Below are positions 24,951 to 33,466 of a stretch of 44,239 nt of DNA, one piece after another (position 1 is the stretch's first letter; each line of letters opens with the position of its first letter). Where the stretch lies: the IMG/VR virus record IMGVR_UViG_3300024520_000013, positions 1 through 44,239 of that record, one strand, 5' to 3'. Under the pieces are notes generated by a model, which saw nothing but the letters and a program-made list of their open reading frames with translations, did no database searches and was not told the origin of the DNA. The translations under genes were made by a program, and so were the position numbers. Source of the stretch: a virus.

Positions 24951-25381
24951 TGCAGCAACTCTACATCCTCGACGAGAACAAGCGACCCAAGGAAGCGTCG
25001 CGCCTCGAATGGCACAAGTGGATGGACAACGTCGAGAACCGACGCGTCGCACAGACCGAGTTGCACGCGCCGCTATTCGACGAAGACGTGTTGGTCGCGA
25101 CGGTGTTCACCGGAGTGCCATGCGGAGACGGTTTGCACCTCTTCGAGACGTTCGTCATCGGATCGAAATATGAGCACGATGATTTTTCTCAAACCCACCC
25201 AACGTGGGACGTGGCGGCAGCTATTCACGATTCGGTCGTTGCCGAACTGGCGCGGGTCGGGCTCACCGGCGATGGCGATAGCGCGGGCAGCGAATGCTTC
25301 CCGTTCGACGTAGCAGACCGTGCGAGCACTTGGAACGGCAAGTCGGAGGCCAAGGGACATGGCACCGATCCCGGCACATAG
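24950..25381 (+). CDS. Hypothetical protein (common small phage family)
   Basis: The ATG at 24950 overlaps the upstream TGA (TGATG). The sequence MQQLYILDENKRPKEASRLEWHKW...VATVFTGV...LFETFV resembles a widespread phage family of unknown function. Confidence 0.55.
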   Translation: MQQLYILDENKRPKEASRLEWHKWMDNVENRRVAQTELHAPLFDEDVLVATVFTGVPCGDGLHLFETFVIGSKYEHDDFSQTHPTWDVAAAIHDSVVAELARVGLTGDGDSAGSECFPFDVADRASTWNGKSEAKGHGTDPGT

Positions 25382-25420
25382 AGCCAACTCATTCGGCCCT
25401 TCTCCGGGCGTTATCGTAGC

Positions 25421-25430
25421 GCCGATCTGG
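25421..25430. promoter_or_regulatory. Variant of the recurrent motif (GCCGATCTGG) between convergent genes
   Basis: Read directly in the 82-nt gap 25382-25463. Confidence 0.4.
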
Positions 25431-25463
25431 AACATCGTCCCCTTGCGACCCGTAGCGCATTGC

Positions 25464-25805
25464 TCATTCGTCCATTCCCTTCCTCATCCAATTTGGTTCG
25501 GCAGACGCGCCGCTCATCTTCTCTTTGTGCGACAGCATTCTATCACCGACATCGCGCAAGAACTTCTTCAGCCCCATGTCCTTGTTATACGCCTTCGTAG
25601 AGAGTTCCATCCACAGTTTGATCCCGCGCTCCTGGACCTTGATATCGTCGGACTCGACCATCCGAGTGATCGCATCCATGACCGGAGCGAGCGTATCGCT
25701 GATGGTCTCGTGCTCTTTCGAGAGACGCCGCGCAAGCTCGCGGATCGCGACGTCGATGTCACCGGAGAGGGCAGCTAGTTGGTAAACCGGTTCTCTTTCT
25801 GCCAT
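25464..25805 (-). CDS. Hypothetical helical protein
   Basis: Start at the internal ATG 25805 (MAEREPVYQ), giving 113 aa and a 31-nt overlap with the primase gene end. Confidence 0.45.
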   Translation of the reverse strand: MAEREPVYQLAALSGDIDVAIRELARRLSKEHETISDTLAPVMDAITRMVESDDIKVQERGIKLWMELSTKAYNKDMGLKKFLRDVGDRMLSHKEKMSGASAEPNWMRKGMDE

Positions 25806-28564
25806 CTCTCGCGGTGCATCCTCTCCACTGCAGCGAGCAGCAACTTCGCCAGCTCCGGTTTGCAGATCAGGACTCTCGGTCCCGACGTCTTGCGATCGAC
25901 TGCCATCTCGTTCTGAATCAGGTACTTCTTGATTTGAATCCACAGTTTGTTGCTCCACAGTTTTGCCGTGCCCGCGTTGAGGCACACCGCGACCAGGGAA
26001 CCCTGGAACTCGACGGCGTTAGACTCATAGTCCGGATGTTGTCGCGTGCCACTGATCGGCTTGAGATACCCGATCGTGATCGCGTTGTGTGATGCCTTGT
26101 TCGGCACGAGGTGTCCCGTGTGCTCGTCGAGCAGCGTGGCCTTGCCCGCTGCGATGTTCGCCTCGATCTCGGCAACCATCTCGTTCGCAACGCCACCTTC
26201 GGAGAGCGCATCGCTCTGCACGTTGAAGAGCGTTCGCACGACGCGCCCGTCCCACGTCTCGGTGATCTCGTCGTGCAGCATCTCGTCCATGCCATCCGTC
26301 ACGTCGCGACACCAGTCTGCGAACAGATGCAGCGTCGCGCTGAAGAGCGACACCCGCTCCCACACCCGGTGCATGTTGTTCGCCTCGTTCCGCCAGTTGA
26401 TACTCTCCTCGTCGAACACCTCGCCGACCTTGCGCTCGCACTCGCGGAACAGGTTGGTGAACCTGTCCTCCACCTCGCCGCGCAACCGCATGCACCAGTT
26501 GATCCACCCCGACATCACGTACGGCAGCAAGTGCCGCTTATCCATGGTGCGGTCGTGCGGAATCTTCCACTCGTCGGCACCGGGACCAGGGCGGAGTCGC
26601 GGCACGTCGATGATCAGCGAGCGCGCCAGCAGAGACTGGTCGCCAGCCGGGAGTTGCTCGCACGTCACCACCGGGATCGAGTGTCCAGCCTGCGAGGTGC
26701 GGAGTTTGCCGGTCTGATCCAAGCGACCGCGCCCGGTGCCCTGGGCGACCGAGTGCAGCACCCGCATGATCTGCTGCCGAGCCATCTCCGACTGCGCCTC
26801 CCACTGGAGATCATCGACCACGATCGAGGCATCCCCTACAGCCTCCAGAACGCGCTCTACGGACAGCGGAGTGCTCGACCATGAAAGCAGACTCTGATGG
26901 TTCCAGAAGTCTCCATAGAGGCTCTGACCCACCTTCACGCGCGTCGTCTTGCAAGCCATGGTCTGGCCGCGCACGAACATCAGGAATCGCGACTGCTGCG
27001 GAGCGAGCAGGCGACGCACCGGAGCGAGGATCGCGCCGACGATGATCGGTGCCATCACGTCGGGATAGTGCGATCGGTAGGCTGACTCCCACAGCAGCTC
27101 GACACCCTCGCGGACCTTCCTCGGATCCGGATGCGGAAGCTTCATCTCGTCGAGGATGTTGTGCTCGGACACCATCCGCATCTTCGTGTTCGCCTTCGGG
27201 TTGTCGTCGTCGTACAGCACGTCGGGCGTGAAGAACTCCTTGCACTCCTTCGAGGGGAATCCCCACAGCCACCCGGTGTCGCGATTTGTGTAGTCGCCGC
27301 CGGTCGTCTCCTGGATGTGCATCCACATGTCGTCGGCGTCCTTCGGGTGGAGCTGCCACTCCGAAGTGCCGCCGGGAGTCGCCGCGATCTCCTTCTCGAA
27401 CTTCGCGCCCTGCTCGTGAGTCACGGTCAAGTGCCGCCCATCCTTGTGCGTTAGCTCGACCACGTAGCTGCGCCCCGTCGAGACGCCACCTTCGAGGATC
27501 AGACCCTGCTCGATGATCTTGCCGGTGAACGTCGCGATCCGCATCTCGCCGCTGCGCGTCTCACGCCACACACACCCGTCTGCCGTGAATACCCCGTTGC
27601 ACTGGATGCTCGGTCCAGTTGCCACCGGGCAGGCTGCGACCAGCGCTTCCCACGCGGTTATGCGCTCCTCGGTCGAGTGCCGGTACAGGTAGTCCGAGAT
27701 GTCCTTGTCCTGTTCGAGCTTCACCGTGCGGATCACCGCGACACCGATCTTGCGGAGGTCGTTCCGCATCTTGGCTTCCGCCTTCTTGCCGGGGTCGTCG
27801 TTGTCGAAGCAGATAATCACTTCGCTGCCCTCACCGGTAGGAATGAACCCTGCCGGGAAGTGCTTCGTGCGCAGCGTCGCGCAGCCCCCGGTGGTCGTGA
27901 TCGCGTTCACGCCGATGGACAGCAATGCCAGACAGTCGGGCTCGCCCTCGCAGATCACAAGCGGACGTCCCGCGACGTGGTAGTCGGCGACCAGCCACAG
28001 CGGATACGCGATCATCTTCGCGAACCGTACGCTCATCTTGTTGGAGTTGTCCGAGTCCCTGTAGGGCACCGTCTTCACGTTCGTGATCCGACCTTCCACG
28101 TCCAGAACCGGAAAGCGCAGACGTTCGTTCGCCATGCCGATGTGCGCGTGCTCCCAGAGCTTCTCGGAGATCGCGTGCCGTTCGAGGTAGTCGCGCGCCT
28201 CAGCACCATCGCCGGTGAGCAGGTTGCGCGCCCACTCCTCGACCTTCTTCCCATCCGGCAACACCGGTTGTTGTGCCGTCTCCTCCGACACCCGACCGCG
28301 CAACTCCTTGTACGCGTCCTCCTCGGCCATGCTCATCCGCACCGCGTAGAGCTTCTCCAGGTGACCGTTTCCGCACTTCGTGTGGCAGTTCCAGAACCCG
28401 TTGTTCGCGCGGACCGTGAACTCGGAGTCGCCCCCGTGAAACGGGCACCCCTTGACGAGGAACAGATCTCCGTCAGTCGTCTCGCGTCGCCCCCGTACTT
28501 CGACGCCCATCTCGCGCAGAATGCCGTCCACGTCCTGCCGATCCCGCCACTTCATGTCCGCCAT
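25775..28564 (-). CDS. DNA primase (CHC2-type zinc finger plus TOPRIM) fused to a P-loop NTPase/helicase-like domain
   Basis: CPFHGGDSEFTVRANNGFWNCHTKCGNG (zinc finger); ICEGEPDCLAL and ICFDNDDPG (TOPRIM); GQTMACKTT and IVVDDLQWE (Walker A/B-like). Confidence 0.85.
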   Translation of the reverse strand: MADMKWRDRQDVDGILREMGVEVRGRRETTDGDLFLVKGCPFHGGDSEFTVRANNGFWNCHTKCGNGHLEKLYAVRMSMAEEDAYKELRGRVSEETAQQPVLPDGKKVEEWARNLLTGDGAEARDYLERHAISEKLWEHAHIGMANERLRFPVLDVEGRITNVKTVPYRDSDNSNKMSVRFAKMIAYPLWLVADYHVAGRPLVICEGEPDCLALLSIGVNAITTTGGCATLRTKHFPAGFIPTGEGSEVIICFDNDDPGKKAEAKMRNDLRKIGVAVIRTVKLEQDKDISDYLYRHSTEERITAWEALVAACPVATGPSIQCNGVFTADGCVWRETRSGEMRIATFTGKIIEQGLILEGGVSTGRSYVVELTHKDGRHLTVTHEQGAKFEKEIAATPGGTSEWQLHPKDADDMWMHIQETTGGDYTNRDTGWLWGFPSKECKEFFTPDVLYDDDNPKANTKMRMVSEHNILDEMKLPHPDPRKVREGVELLWESAYRSHYPDVMAPIIVGAILAPVRRLLAPQQSRFLMFVRGQTMACKTTRVKVGQSLYGDFWNHQSLLSWSSTPLSVERVLEAVGDASIVVDDLQWEAQSEMARQQIMRVLHSVAQGTGRGRLDQTGKLRTSQAGHSIPVVTCEQLPAGDQSLLARSLIIDVPRLRPGPGADEWKIPHDRTMDKRHLLPYVMSGWINWCMRLRGEVEDRFTNLFRECERKVGEVFDEESINWRNEANNMHRVWERVSLFSATLHLFADWCRDVTDGMDEMLHDEITETWDGRVVRTLFNVQSDALSEGGVANEMVAEIEANIAAGKATLLDEHTGHLVPNKASHNAITIGYLKPISGTRQHPDYESNAVEFQGSLVAVCLNAGTAKLWSNKLWIQIKKYLIQNEMAVDRKTSGPRVLICKPELAKLLLAAVERMHRERWQKENRFTN

Positions 28565-29009
28565 GTTCCCTTCCTATCTGTCGTTCCACGTTCGTGAACA
28601 GACGAAGCGCGAGTCGCTCCGCATAGAATGCGTTGTCGCAGGGCATGAAGTGAACTCCGAATCGAAACCCGAGGGCGAGCATCGAACCGATCGGAACGGC
28701 TGGCGGGACCACACCGGGGTAGCGGTGCTTCGCCATGTCGTCGATGTCCGATTCGATGAATACATATGCTCGCCTGACGTTGTCTCGCAGTCGCTCCAGT
28801 TCGCGAACGAATCGCTCCCTGCCCCGCGTGACGGTGGCGACGAAGTCGGCGAGTGTCTTGCGCTCGATTACGATCACTTCCTCCAGTCCGTCCAGCGAGT
28901 AGTCACCCTCCCCAAGCTTGCACCGCACCTGATCGTGTCCTGCAAACGCCCACGGCGTTTGCTCCCTTGTATCGACAACGATCCGGCGCGAGAGCCGGGG
29001 TTCGGTCAC
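28473..29009 (-). CDS. ERCC4/XPF-type nuclease domain protein
   Basis: VVDTREQ, GDYSL and VIERKTLADFVATV. GTG start directly after the upstream TAA. The 3-prime end overlaps the primase gene by 92 nt. Confidence 0.7.
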   Translation of the reverse strand: MTEPRLSRRIVVDTREQTPWAFAGHDQVRCKLGEGDYSLDGLEEVIVIERKTLADFVATVTRGRERFVRELERLRDNVRRAYVFIESDIDDMAKHRYPGVVPPAVPIGSMLALGFRFGVHFMPCDNAFYAERLALRLFTNVERQIGREHGGHEVAGSAGRGRHSARDGRRSTGATRDD

Positions 29010-29294
29010 CTAATTTGTTGAACCACCGACCGTGTACGGACCTTCGTCGCCGATAGCGGTTGTCCAGTCGTTTGTGTTCGTGTAGTGGAGCCCAGACCGT
29101 AGTTGATTTGTCGCCGCTTCATTTGTGACCCCCAGTGTGTAGTTGCCGTAGCTGTACCACGGTCGGTAGTTCGAGTAGTGGTAGTGGTGCTCGACGTGTT
29201 TGCCGATCGCTGTCGTCTTGCGCACCTCGGTGATCTCCTGTTGGAGCTTCTTGATCTCGCGCCGCAGCGCTGCCATCTGGCCCTCGATGTTCAT
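29010..29294 (-). CDS. Hypothetical protein
   Basis: The ATG at 29294 overlaps the upstream TGA (TGATG). 94 aa, with a coiled-coil N-terminus and a Y/H/N-rich C-terminus. Confidence 0.5.
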   Translation of the reverse strand: MNIEGQMAALRREIKKLQQEITEVRKTTAIGKHVEHHYHYSNYRPWYSYGNYTLGVTNEAATNQLRSGLHYTNTNDWTTAIGDEGPYTVGGSTN

Positions 29295-30151
29295 CAGTCT
29301 TTGATCTCCCCGCCGAATTCGGCTTGGCATTCGCGCCAGTAACCGCACCAGCGCTTGGAGCAGAGAAAGTTCGTTCGGTTCGGCATCCATGCCCCCGACT
29401 CGATGTTCTCCGCGATGTTGATGTGTGCGCGCGCGAGCATTCGTTTGAAGCCCTCGCGCTCCGTTTGGTCCGTCGTGCGGATCAGTGCCGGGTCGCTTTC
29501 CGGCGTCTGGATCTGCGGCGTCTTCGACTTCACCGCGACGTGGAAGTGGACGTCGTTGGGATTGACGCGCAGCTTCTTTAGTTCTTCGTCCTCAGCCGCA
29601 GCAACGCCGTACCCTACGGCTTGCGACGAGTCCTTCACCTTCGAGGCACCCCAACGACGTCCGGATGTCTTGTTGTCGGTGATGACGTTTGCACCCGAAT
29701 CGGGCAGCTTCTGCACGAAGTCCACGTAGCCCATGAAGTCGAACGAGCGCTGCCCGTAGTCCACCGGAACATGAAATTGCATCTGCGTCGCGATCGGATG
29801 CGTCGGCACCGCGCACTCGTCGCGCCATGCGTGGATCAACTGAACACCGGTGTCCATGAGCTTGCCCTTGTCCTCGCCCTTCCAATCCTCGACGTCTTCG
29901 GCGACCTCGTCGAACTTCGCCGCGAACCGATCCATGCACGACGCAGCGGTCTCGGTCACGCCCGTCTCGATCTTCACGTCGTAGACGTCGTTCTTCGTGA
30001 CGTCGTCCGCCTGCCCAAACGCGAGAGCACCGGTCGGCGGGGACTTCTCGCCCATGATGTAGCGACGGAAGAACGCGTAGCCGCAGCGGTGATACATGTC
30101 GTACTTCGAGCACGACATTGTCGCGAGAGTCTTTTCTTCGTTGCTGCTCAC
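29294..30151 (-). CDS. PD-(D/E)XK nuclease, Cas4/RecB-like exonuclease
   Basis: SCSKYDMYHRCGYAFFRRYI, GYVDFV, ITDNKTS and a C-terminal Cys cluster FLCSKRWCGYWRECQ. The start is either the GTG at 30151 (GTGA-coupled) or the ATG at 30118. Confidence 0.75.
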   Translation of the reverse strand: MSSNEEKTLATMSCSKYDMYHRCGYAFFRRYIMGEKSPPTGALAFGQADDVTKNDVYDVKIETGVTETAASCMDRFAAKFDEVAEDVEDWKGEDKGKLMDTGVQLIHAWRDECAVPTHPIATQMQFHVPVDYGQRSFDFMGYVDFVQKLPDSGANVITDNKTSGRRWGASKVKDSSQAVGYGVAAAEDEELKKLRVNPNDVHFHVAVKSKTPQIQTPESDPALIRTTDQTEREGFKRMLARAHINIAENIESGAWMPNRTNFLCSKRWCGYWRECQAEFGGEIKD

Positions 30152-30612
30152 GAGGTCACCAGCGTCCCGACCGGGGTGGTCACACCACATTTGATTGCTT
30201 CCGTGGGCTGATCAAGCACGATTGAGATGCGCTTGATCATCGCGGGCTTGATCGTCAGTGTGCCCTCGACCACCACCTGTTTTTCGCTGCCCTTCTCGAT
30301 ACGCACCTGATGGAAGTAGGCAAGCGTCGGTGGATCACCGGTGCCGTTCGCGACGACGTCGAGCGTCGATGTGTCGGCTTGCAAGAGATCGACGTCCAGG
30401 ATCCCCGAGACGGGTGTTACCAGCGTCACCCCCGAACCGATCTCCTTGTACACCTGCCATGAATAGTCATCTACGGCAGGCTGCACCACGTAGTGGATCT
30501 CGGCACCGGTCAATCCGGTGAGGTCCACTGCTACCGCATCGGTGTCTTGAACAGTAAATTGGAAGGTGATGTCGTCACCCTCGTAAATAGTTTGGTTGAC
30601 GGTAGTAGCCAT
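30148..30612 (-). CDS. Ig-like/beta-sandwich structural protein candidate
   Basis: TIYEGDDITFQFTVQDTDAVAVDLTGLTGAEIHYVV is the pattern seen in phage baseplate and fiber Ig-like domains. Confidence 0.5.
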   Translation of the reverse strand: MATTVNQTIYEGDDITFQFTVQDTDAVAVDLTGLTGAEIHYVVQPAVDDYSWQVYKEIGSGVTLVTPVSGILDVDLLQADTSTLDVVANGTGDPPTLAYFHQVRIEKGSEKQVVVEGTLTIKPAMIKRISIVLDQPTEAIKCGVTTPVGTLVTS

Positions 30613-30827
30613 TAGATTGGATCGACGGATTGCGTTTTTTCGATATCGTAAGTGGTGGCCGTGTTCTGCTGCACGTCGAATACCGTGGTCTTCGACTGCT
30701 CGACGTCATATTCCACGTCCGCGATGATTCGCACGATGTGTCCACTCCATCCATCCGGTATTGCTGCCACTTGGACAGCCCCGAATGATCGGCCAAGATT
30801 CTGCACCGCTCCGAAGGATCTGCCCAT
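30612..30827 (-). CDS. Hypothetical small protein with a duplicated N-terminal octapeptide
   Basis: MGRSFGAVQNLGRSFGAVQ...; TGATG-coupled to the tailspike gene. Confidence 0.5.
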   Translation of the reverse strand: MGRSFGAVQNLGRSFGAVQVAAIPDGWSGHIVRIIADVEYDVEQSKTTVFDVQQNTATTYDIEKTQSVDPI

Positions 30828-32122
30828 CAGCTTGTGAGTCCCACGCCCTCGGTGTCAATTAGTAGCCCACCATTCGCGTCAGAGTTCAGCGAGAAGTCAT
30901 CGCCGGCCGCGTCAGAAAACGGGTCGGCTGTGAGAGGGATATCATCACTATGCGCTGTGATGTTGTTCCGCTGGCCGGACGTGTTGTTGTAGTAGGCATT
31001 CGGGCCGATAAATAGCGATGCATTATCCGAGTAGGTGTAATTGATTCCGTAGCCGCCGTTGCTGACAAATATGCAGTTTTCCACGGTTACGCTCGCCTTC
31101 TCTGGCTGGCTTCCAGAGTGGCCGAGAATCCGAAGTCCATCTAGCGTGTTGTTGTAGAAGGTGCAGTTGTAGAATTGATGGACCGTTGCATTCGTAGCTG
31201 TGACTTCAGCACCATAGGTATCGCATCCGCTGAATATGCACTCAATGAAGATCGGACCACCTTGCCCAGCAGAAGCACCGTTTACCCCCGCGAACCCATT
31301 GTCGCTTCCCTGGAATCTACACCGCCGAAGTGACCCACCGTAACCGCCAGACCAGTAAAATGGCTGGCGGGCCATGTTGCGGAAAATGCAATCTACAGCG
31401 GTCCAGTAGCATCCGCCATCGGCGTAGATTCCGTAACCTAATCCGCCCTCGCAAATGCAATCCCTTACCACCGAGCCCTGACCGCGCTCCGTTGCCGAGA
31501 ACCTAATCCCACCACCGAATACCTGTAGCGTGTGGAGAGTTGTCAGGGTGAGACCTAATAGATAGACCATCGGCACGTCAATTTGAAACGTCCACATGTG
31601 ACCGGCGGCGTGCGATCGGATGACGGGTGCAGCACCAGGCGCAGCCTGGAATGTCACGGGTCCATCCGTGATGGTCCCGCCCACCGGATTGTCGATGGCC
31701 TCCGACACATCGTAGGTCCCGGCCTCGAATTCAAAAGTCCACCCGGCCAGCATATCTTCCCAGTCGTTATTGGTGGACTCGCTATCTAGCGTCTGCCGCT
31801 TACCTCCAACCGCCCACGACTTGGCTGCGAAGTCAGCATCAAAAGCGGTATTCGTCACGATAGCCGTGCAGGTCGCCGCGCCTCCCGTGAAACTCGCGAT
31901 CGAAAATAGGTGCCGTTCGCCCGCATTCGTTTCGCACCATAGCGCATCGCTACCAGCGTCGTCCGCGACACCCGTGAAGTCGACGGTTTCGTTCAACGTC
32001 AGCGTCGTATCGAGAGCCACCCCCTCGGCATTCGTACCAGTCACCGCCGTCGCTGGCCCAGCACCACTCGCGGCGGTATCGCTCCCGGTTGACGCGTTGT
32101 AGACGATTGTCGGACGTGCCAT
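30827..32122 (-). CDS. Right-handed parallel beta-helix tailspike / polysaccharide depolymerase candidate
   Basis: The N-terminus TIVYNASTGSDTAASGAGP is followed by repeated C/N ladders (DCICEGG, VDCIFRN, RRCRFQG, IECIFSGC, YNCTFYNNT, ENCIFVSNGGYGI) and a C-terminal DPFSDAAGDDFSL. Confidence 0.8.
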   Translation of the reverse strand: MARPTIVYNASTGSDTAASGAGPATAVTGTNAEGVALDTTLTLNETVDFTGVADDAGSDALWCETNAGERHLFSIASFTGGAATCTAIVTNTAFDADFAAKSWAVGGKRQTLDSESTNNDWEDMLAGWTFEFEAGTYDVSEAIDNPVGGTITDGPVTFQAAPGAAPVIRSHAAGHMWTFQIDVPMVYLLGLTLTTLHTLQVFGGGIRFSATERGQGSVVRDCICEGGLGYGIYADGGCYWTAVDCIFRNMARQPFYWSGGYGGSLRRCRFQGSDNGFAGVNGASAGQGGPIFIECIFSGCDTYGAEVTATNATVHQFYNCTFYNNTLDGLRILGHSGSQPEKASVTVENCIFVSNGGYGINYTYSDNASLFIGPNAYYNNTSGQRNNITAHSDDIPLTADPFSDAAGDDFSLNSDANGGLLIDTEGVGLTS

Positions 32123-32131
32123 GACGATGCC

Positions 32132-32443
32132 CTACAGTAGACGCACTACGGGTACCAGATTGACAGCGCGTTTCCCAGCCACGGCCATCGTCGTGTCGAT
32201 GTTCTGTAGTAGGGTAATGAAATTCGTCAAGTCCAGTTTCGTCACCGGGCGCGTGCTTGAGTTCTGGTCGAGGATCGTGTCCGAATCGGCGGCGGCCACT
32301 AGCGCCGCATTGGTGGAGACACCAGCATCCCAGGCGGCGATGGCTGTCTGCTGGTTGTCGTCCACTGTCTTCAATTGCTCCGCTATGGGTCGGATGACGG
32401 ACTCGACGAAACTGAGAACCTGGGGATCGGTGATATCTGCCAT
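32132..32443 (-). CDS. Hypothetical structural-module protein
   Basis: 103-aa ORF directly upstream of the tailspike gene. Confidence 0.5.
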   Translation of the reverse strand: MADITDPQVLSFVESVIRPIAEQLKTVDDNQQTAIAAWDAGVSTNAALVAAADSDTILDQNSSTRPVTKLDLTNFITLLQNIDTTMAVAGKRAVNLVPVVRLL

Positions 32444-32464
32444 GATTAGCCTACGAATCTGAAG

Positions 32465-32710
32465 TTACCGAAAATACGCGATGGTCCCGCCAATCGCCGA
32501 ACCGACTAAAGCACTGACGGCAAGCACAAGTCGCATACCGGTCTTCGCGCTGTGAACATCCTTGGATATGGATTCGATCAGAAGTCGTATCACCCTCAAC
32601 TCGTCCTTGAGTTCACGAATCGTGAGCTGTTGCGTTTTGCTGTAGACCTCCAAGCTTGCAAGACGACTCGCGTGGTCATCGCTCCGTCTTTCCTTGCCGT
32701 CCCAGCTCAC
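32465..32710 (-). CDS. Coiled-coil protein with a C-terminal TMD (second XhlA-like architecture)
   Basis: 81 aa. Helix LASLEVYSKTQQLTIRELKDELRVIRLLIESI followed by the hydrophobic segment LVLAVSALVGSAIGGTIAYF. Confidence 0.5.
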   Translation of the reverse strand: MSWDGKERRSDDHASRLASLEVYSKTQQLTIRELKDELRVIRLLIESISKDVHSAKTGMRLVLAVSALVGSAIGGTIAYFR

Positions 32711-32711
32711 G

Positions 32712-33137
32712 TTAGAAACCGTTCGCCCCCACGCGACTCAGACCGGTCGCGTGAATGTCGTAGCGGAAGTTCGAGCTAGTGCTCGATTGCGACCCTCCGA
32801 AATCGATGTGGAAGCAGAGAATGTCGTCCGCGTCCACCCCCGTGTCCTTTCGGATCACCATCATCCCTGCCGTGATCGTGACGGTCGACCCAAAGTCGAT
32901 GTTGTCACAGTCGAGGTCGGCGACGGATGATGTGATCGTGAGCGAGGGGTTCGTGATCACCTGCTCGGCATAGTCCGTGTCCGAGATCTCGGCCGAGATG
33001 TGGGTGTAGTTCGTCTCCGTCGCGACGAACGCTTCAGCCGTATGCAGGGTGCATGTGAACTTGTCGTTCAGCCAGTCAATGTTCCCCTGCTGCAGCTCCG
33101 AGTAGTACGTGTCGTACACGCTGACCGTGATTGCCAT
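32712..33137 (-). CDS. Hypothetical fiber-module protein
   Basis: I moved the start to the ATG at 33137 (MAITVSVYD), preceded by GGAGAAGAGG. 141 aa. Confidence 0.5.
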   Translation of the reverse strand: MAITVSVYDTYYSELQQGNIDWLNDKFTCTLHTAEAFVATETNYTHISAEISDTDYAEQVITNPSLTITSSVADLDCDNIDFGSTVTITAGMMVIRKDTGVDADDILCFHIDFGGSQSSTSSNFRYDIHATGLSRVGANGF

Positions 33138-33173
33138 CCGCCTCTTCTCCTGCGCGCCTGACCGCGCGTCTCT

Positions 33174-33437
33174 TGGGACCAATCCCTGGGACCAATCTTG
33201 GTCCCAGGCGGCGCGTTTGGTCCCAAATGGGAACCTGACCGAAAACGCGCTACGTGACCTCTCGCTGCCGCCGACGACGTCGACAGCCCGATTTGCTCAC
33301 TGGTCCCACATCCCCGCTGTGCGGATTTAGGATCCTGTGAGTATAAAAACTCTTGCGGGTTCAAGTCCCGCCTCTCGCACCACTTAGCTCGCTGGGCCGC
33401 AGCCGCACTAGCCTGTGGGACCATTTTGTGGGACCAA
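33174..33437. mobile_element. attP: seven TGGGACCA arm-type sites flanking a tRNA-derived core
   Basis: Direct copies at 33174, 33187, 33416 and 33429. Inverted copies (TGGTCCCA) at 33199, 33218 and 33301. Copies 2 and 3 form TGGGACCAA-tc-TTGGTCCCA. Confidence 0.75.
33355..33382 (+). other. tRNA 3-prime fragment (T-arm, acceptor strand and ACCA) serving as the attP core
   Basis: GCGGG-TTCAAGT-CCCGC-CTCTCGC-A-CCA. The upstream 17 nt cannot fold into an anticodon arm, so this is a fragment and not a full gene. Confidence 0.8.
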
Positions 33438-33466
33438 ACAGGCCAAATCGTGGTAGTGTCCTGGGC

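Noticed and set aside
33300-33382. A complete tRNA gene upstream of the integrase
   Set aside because: Only the T-arm, 3-prime acceptor strand and ACCA are present. The 17 nt where the anticodon arm should lie (TCCTGTGAGTATAAAAA) cannot pair, and no matching 5-prime acceptor strand (GCGAGAG) lies upstream. I treat it as the attP core.
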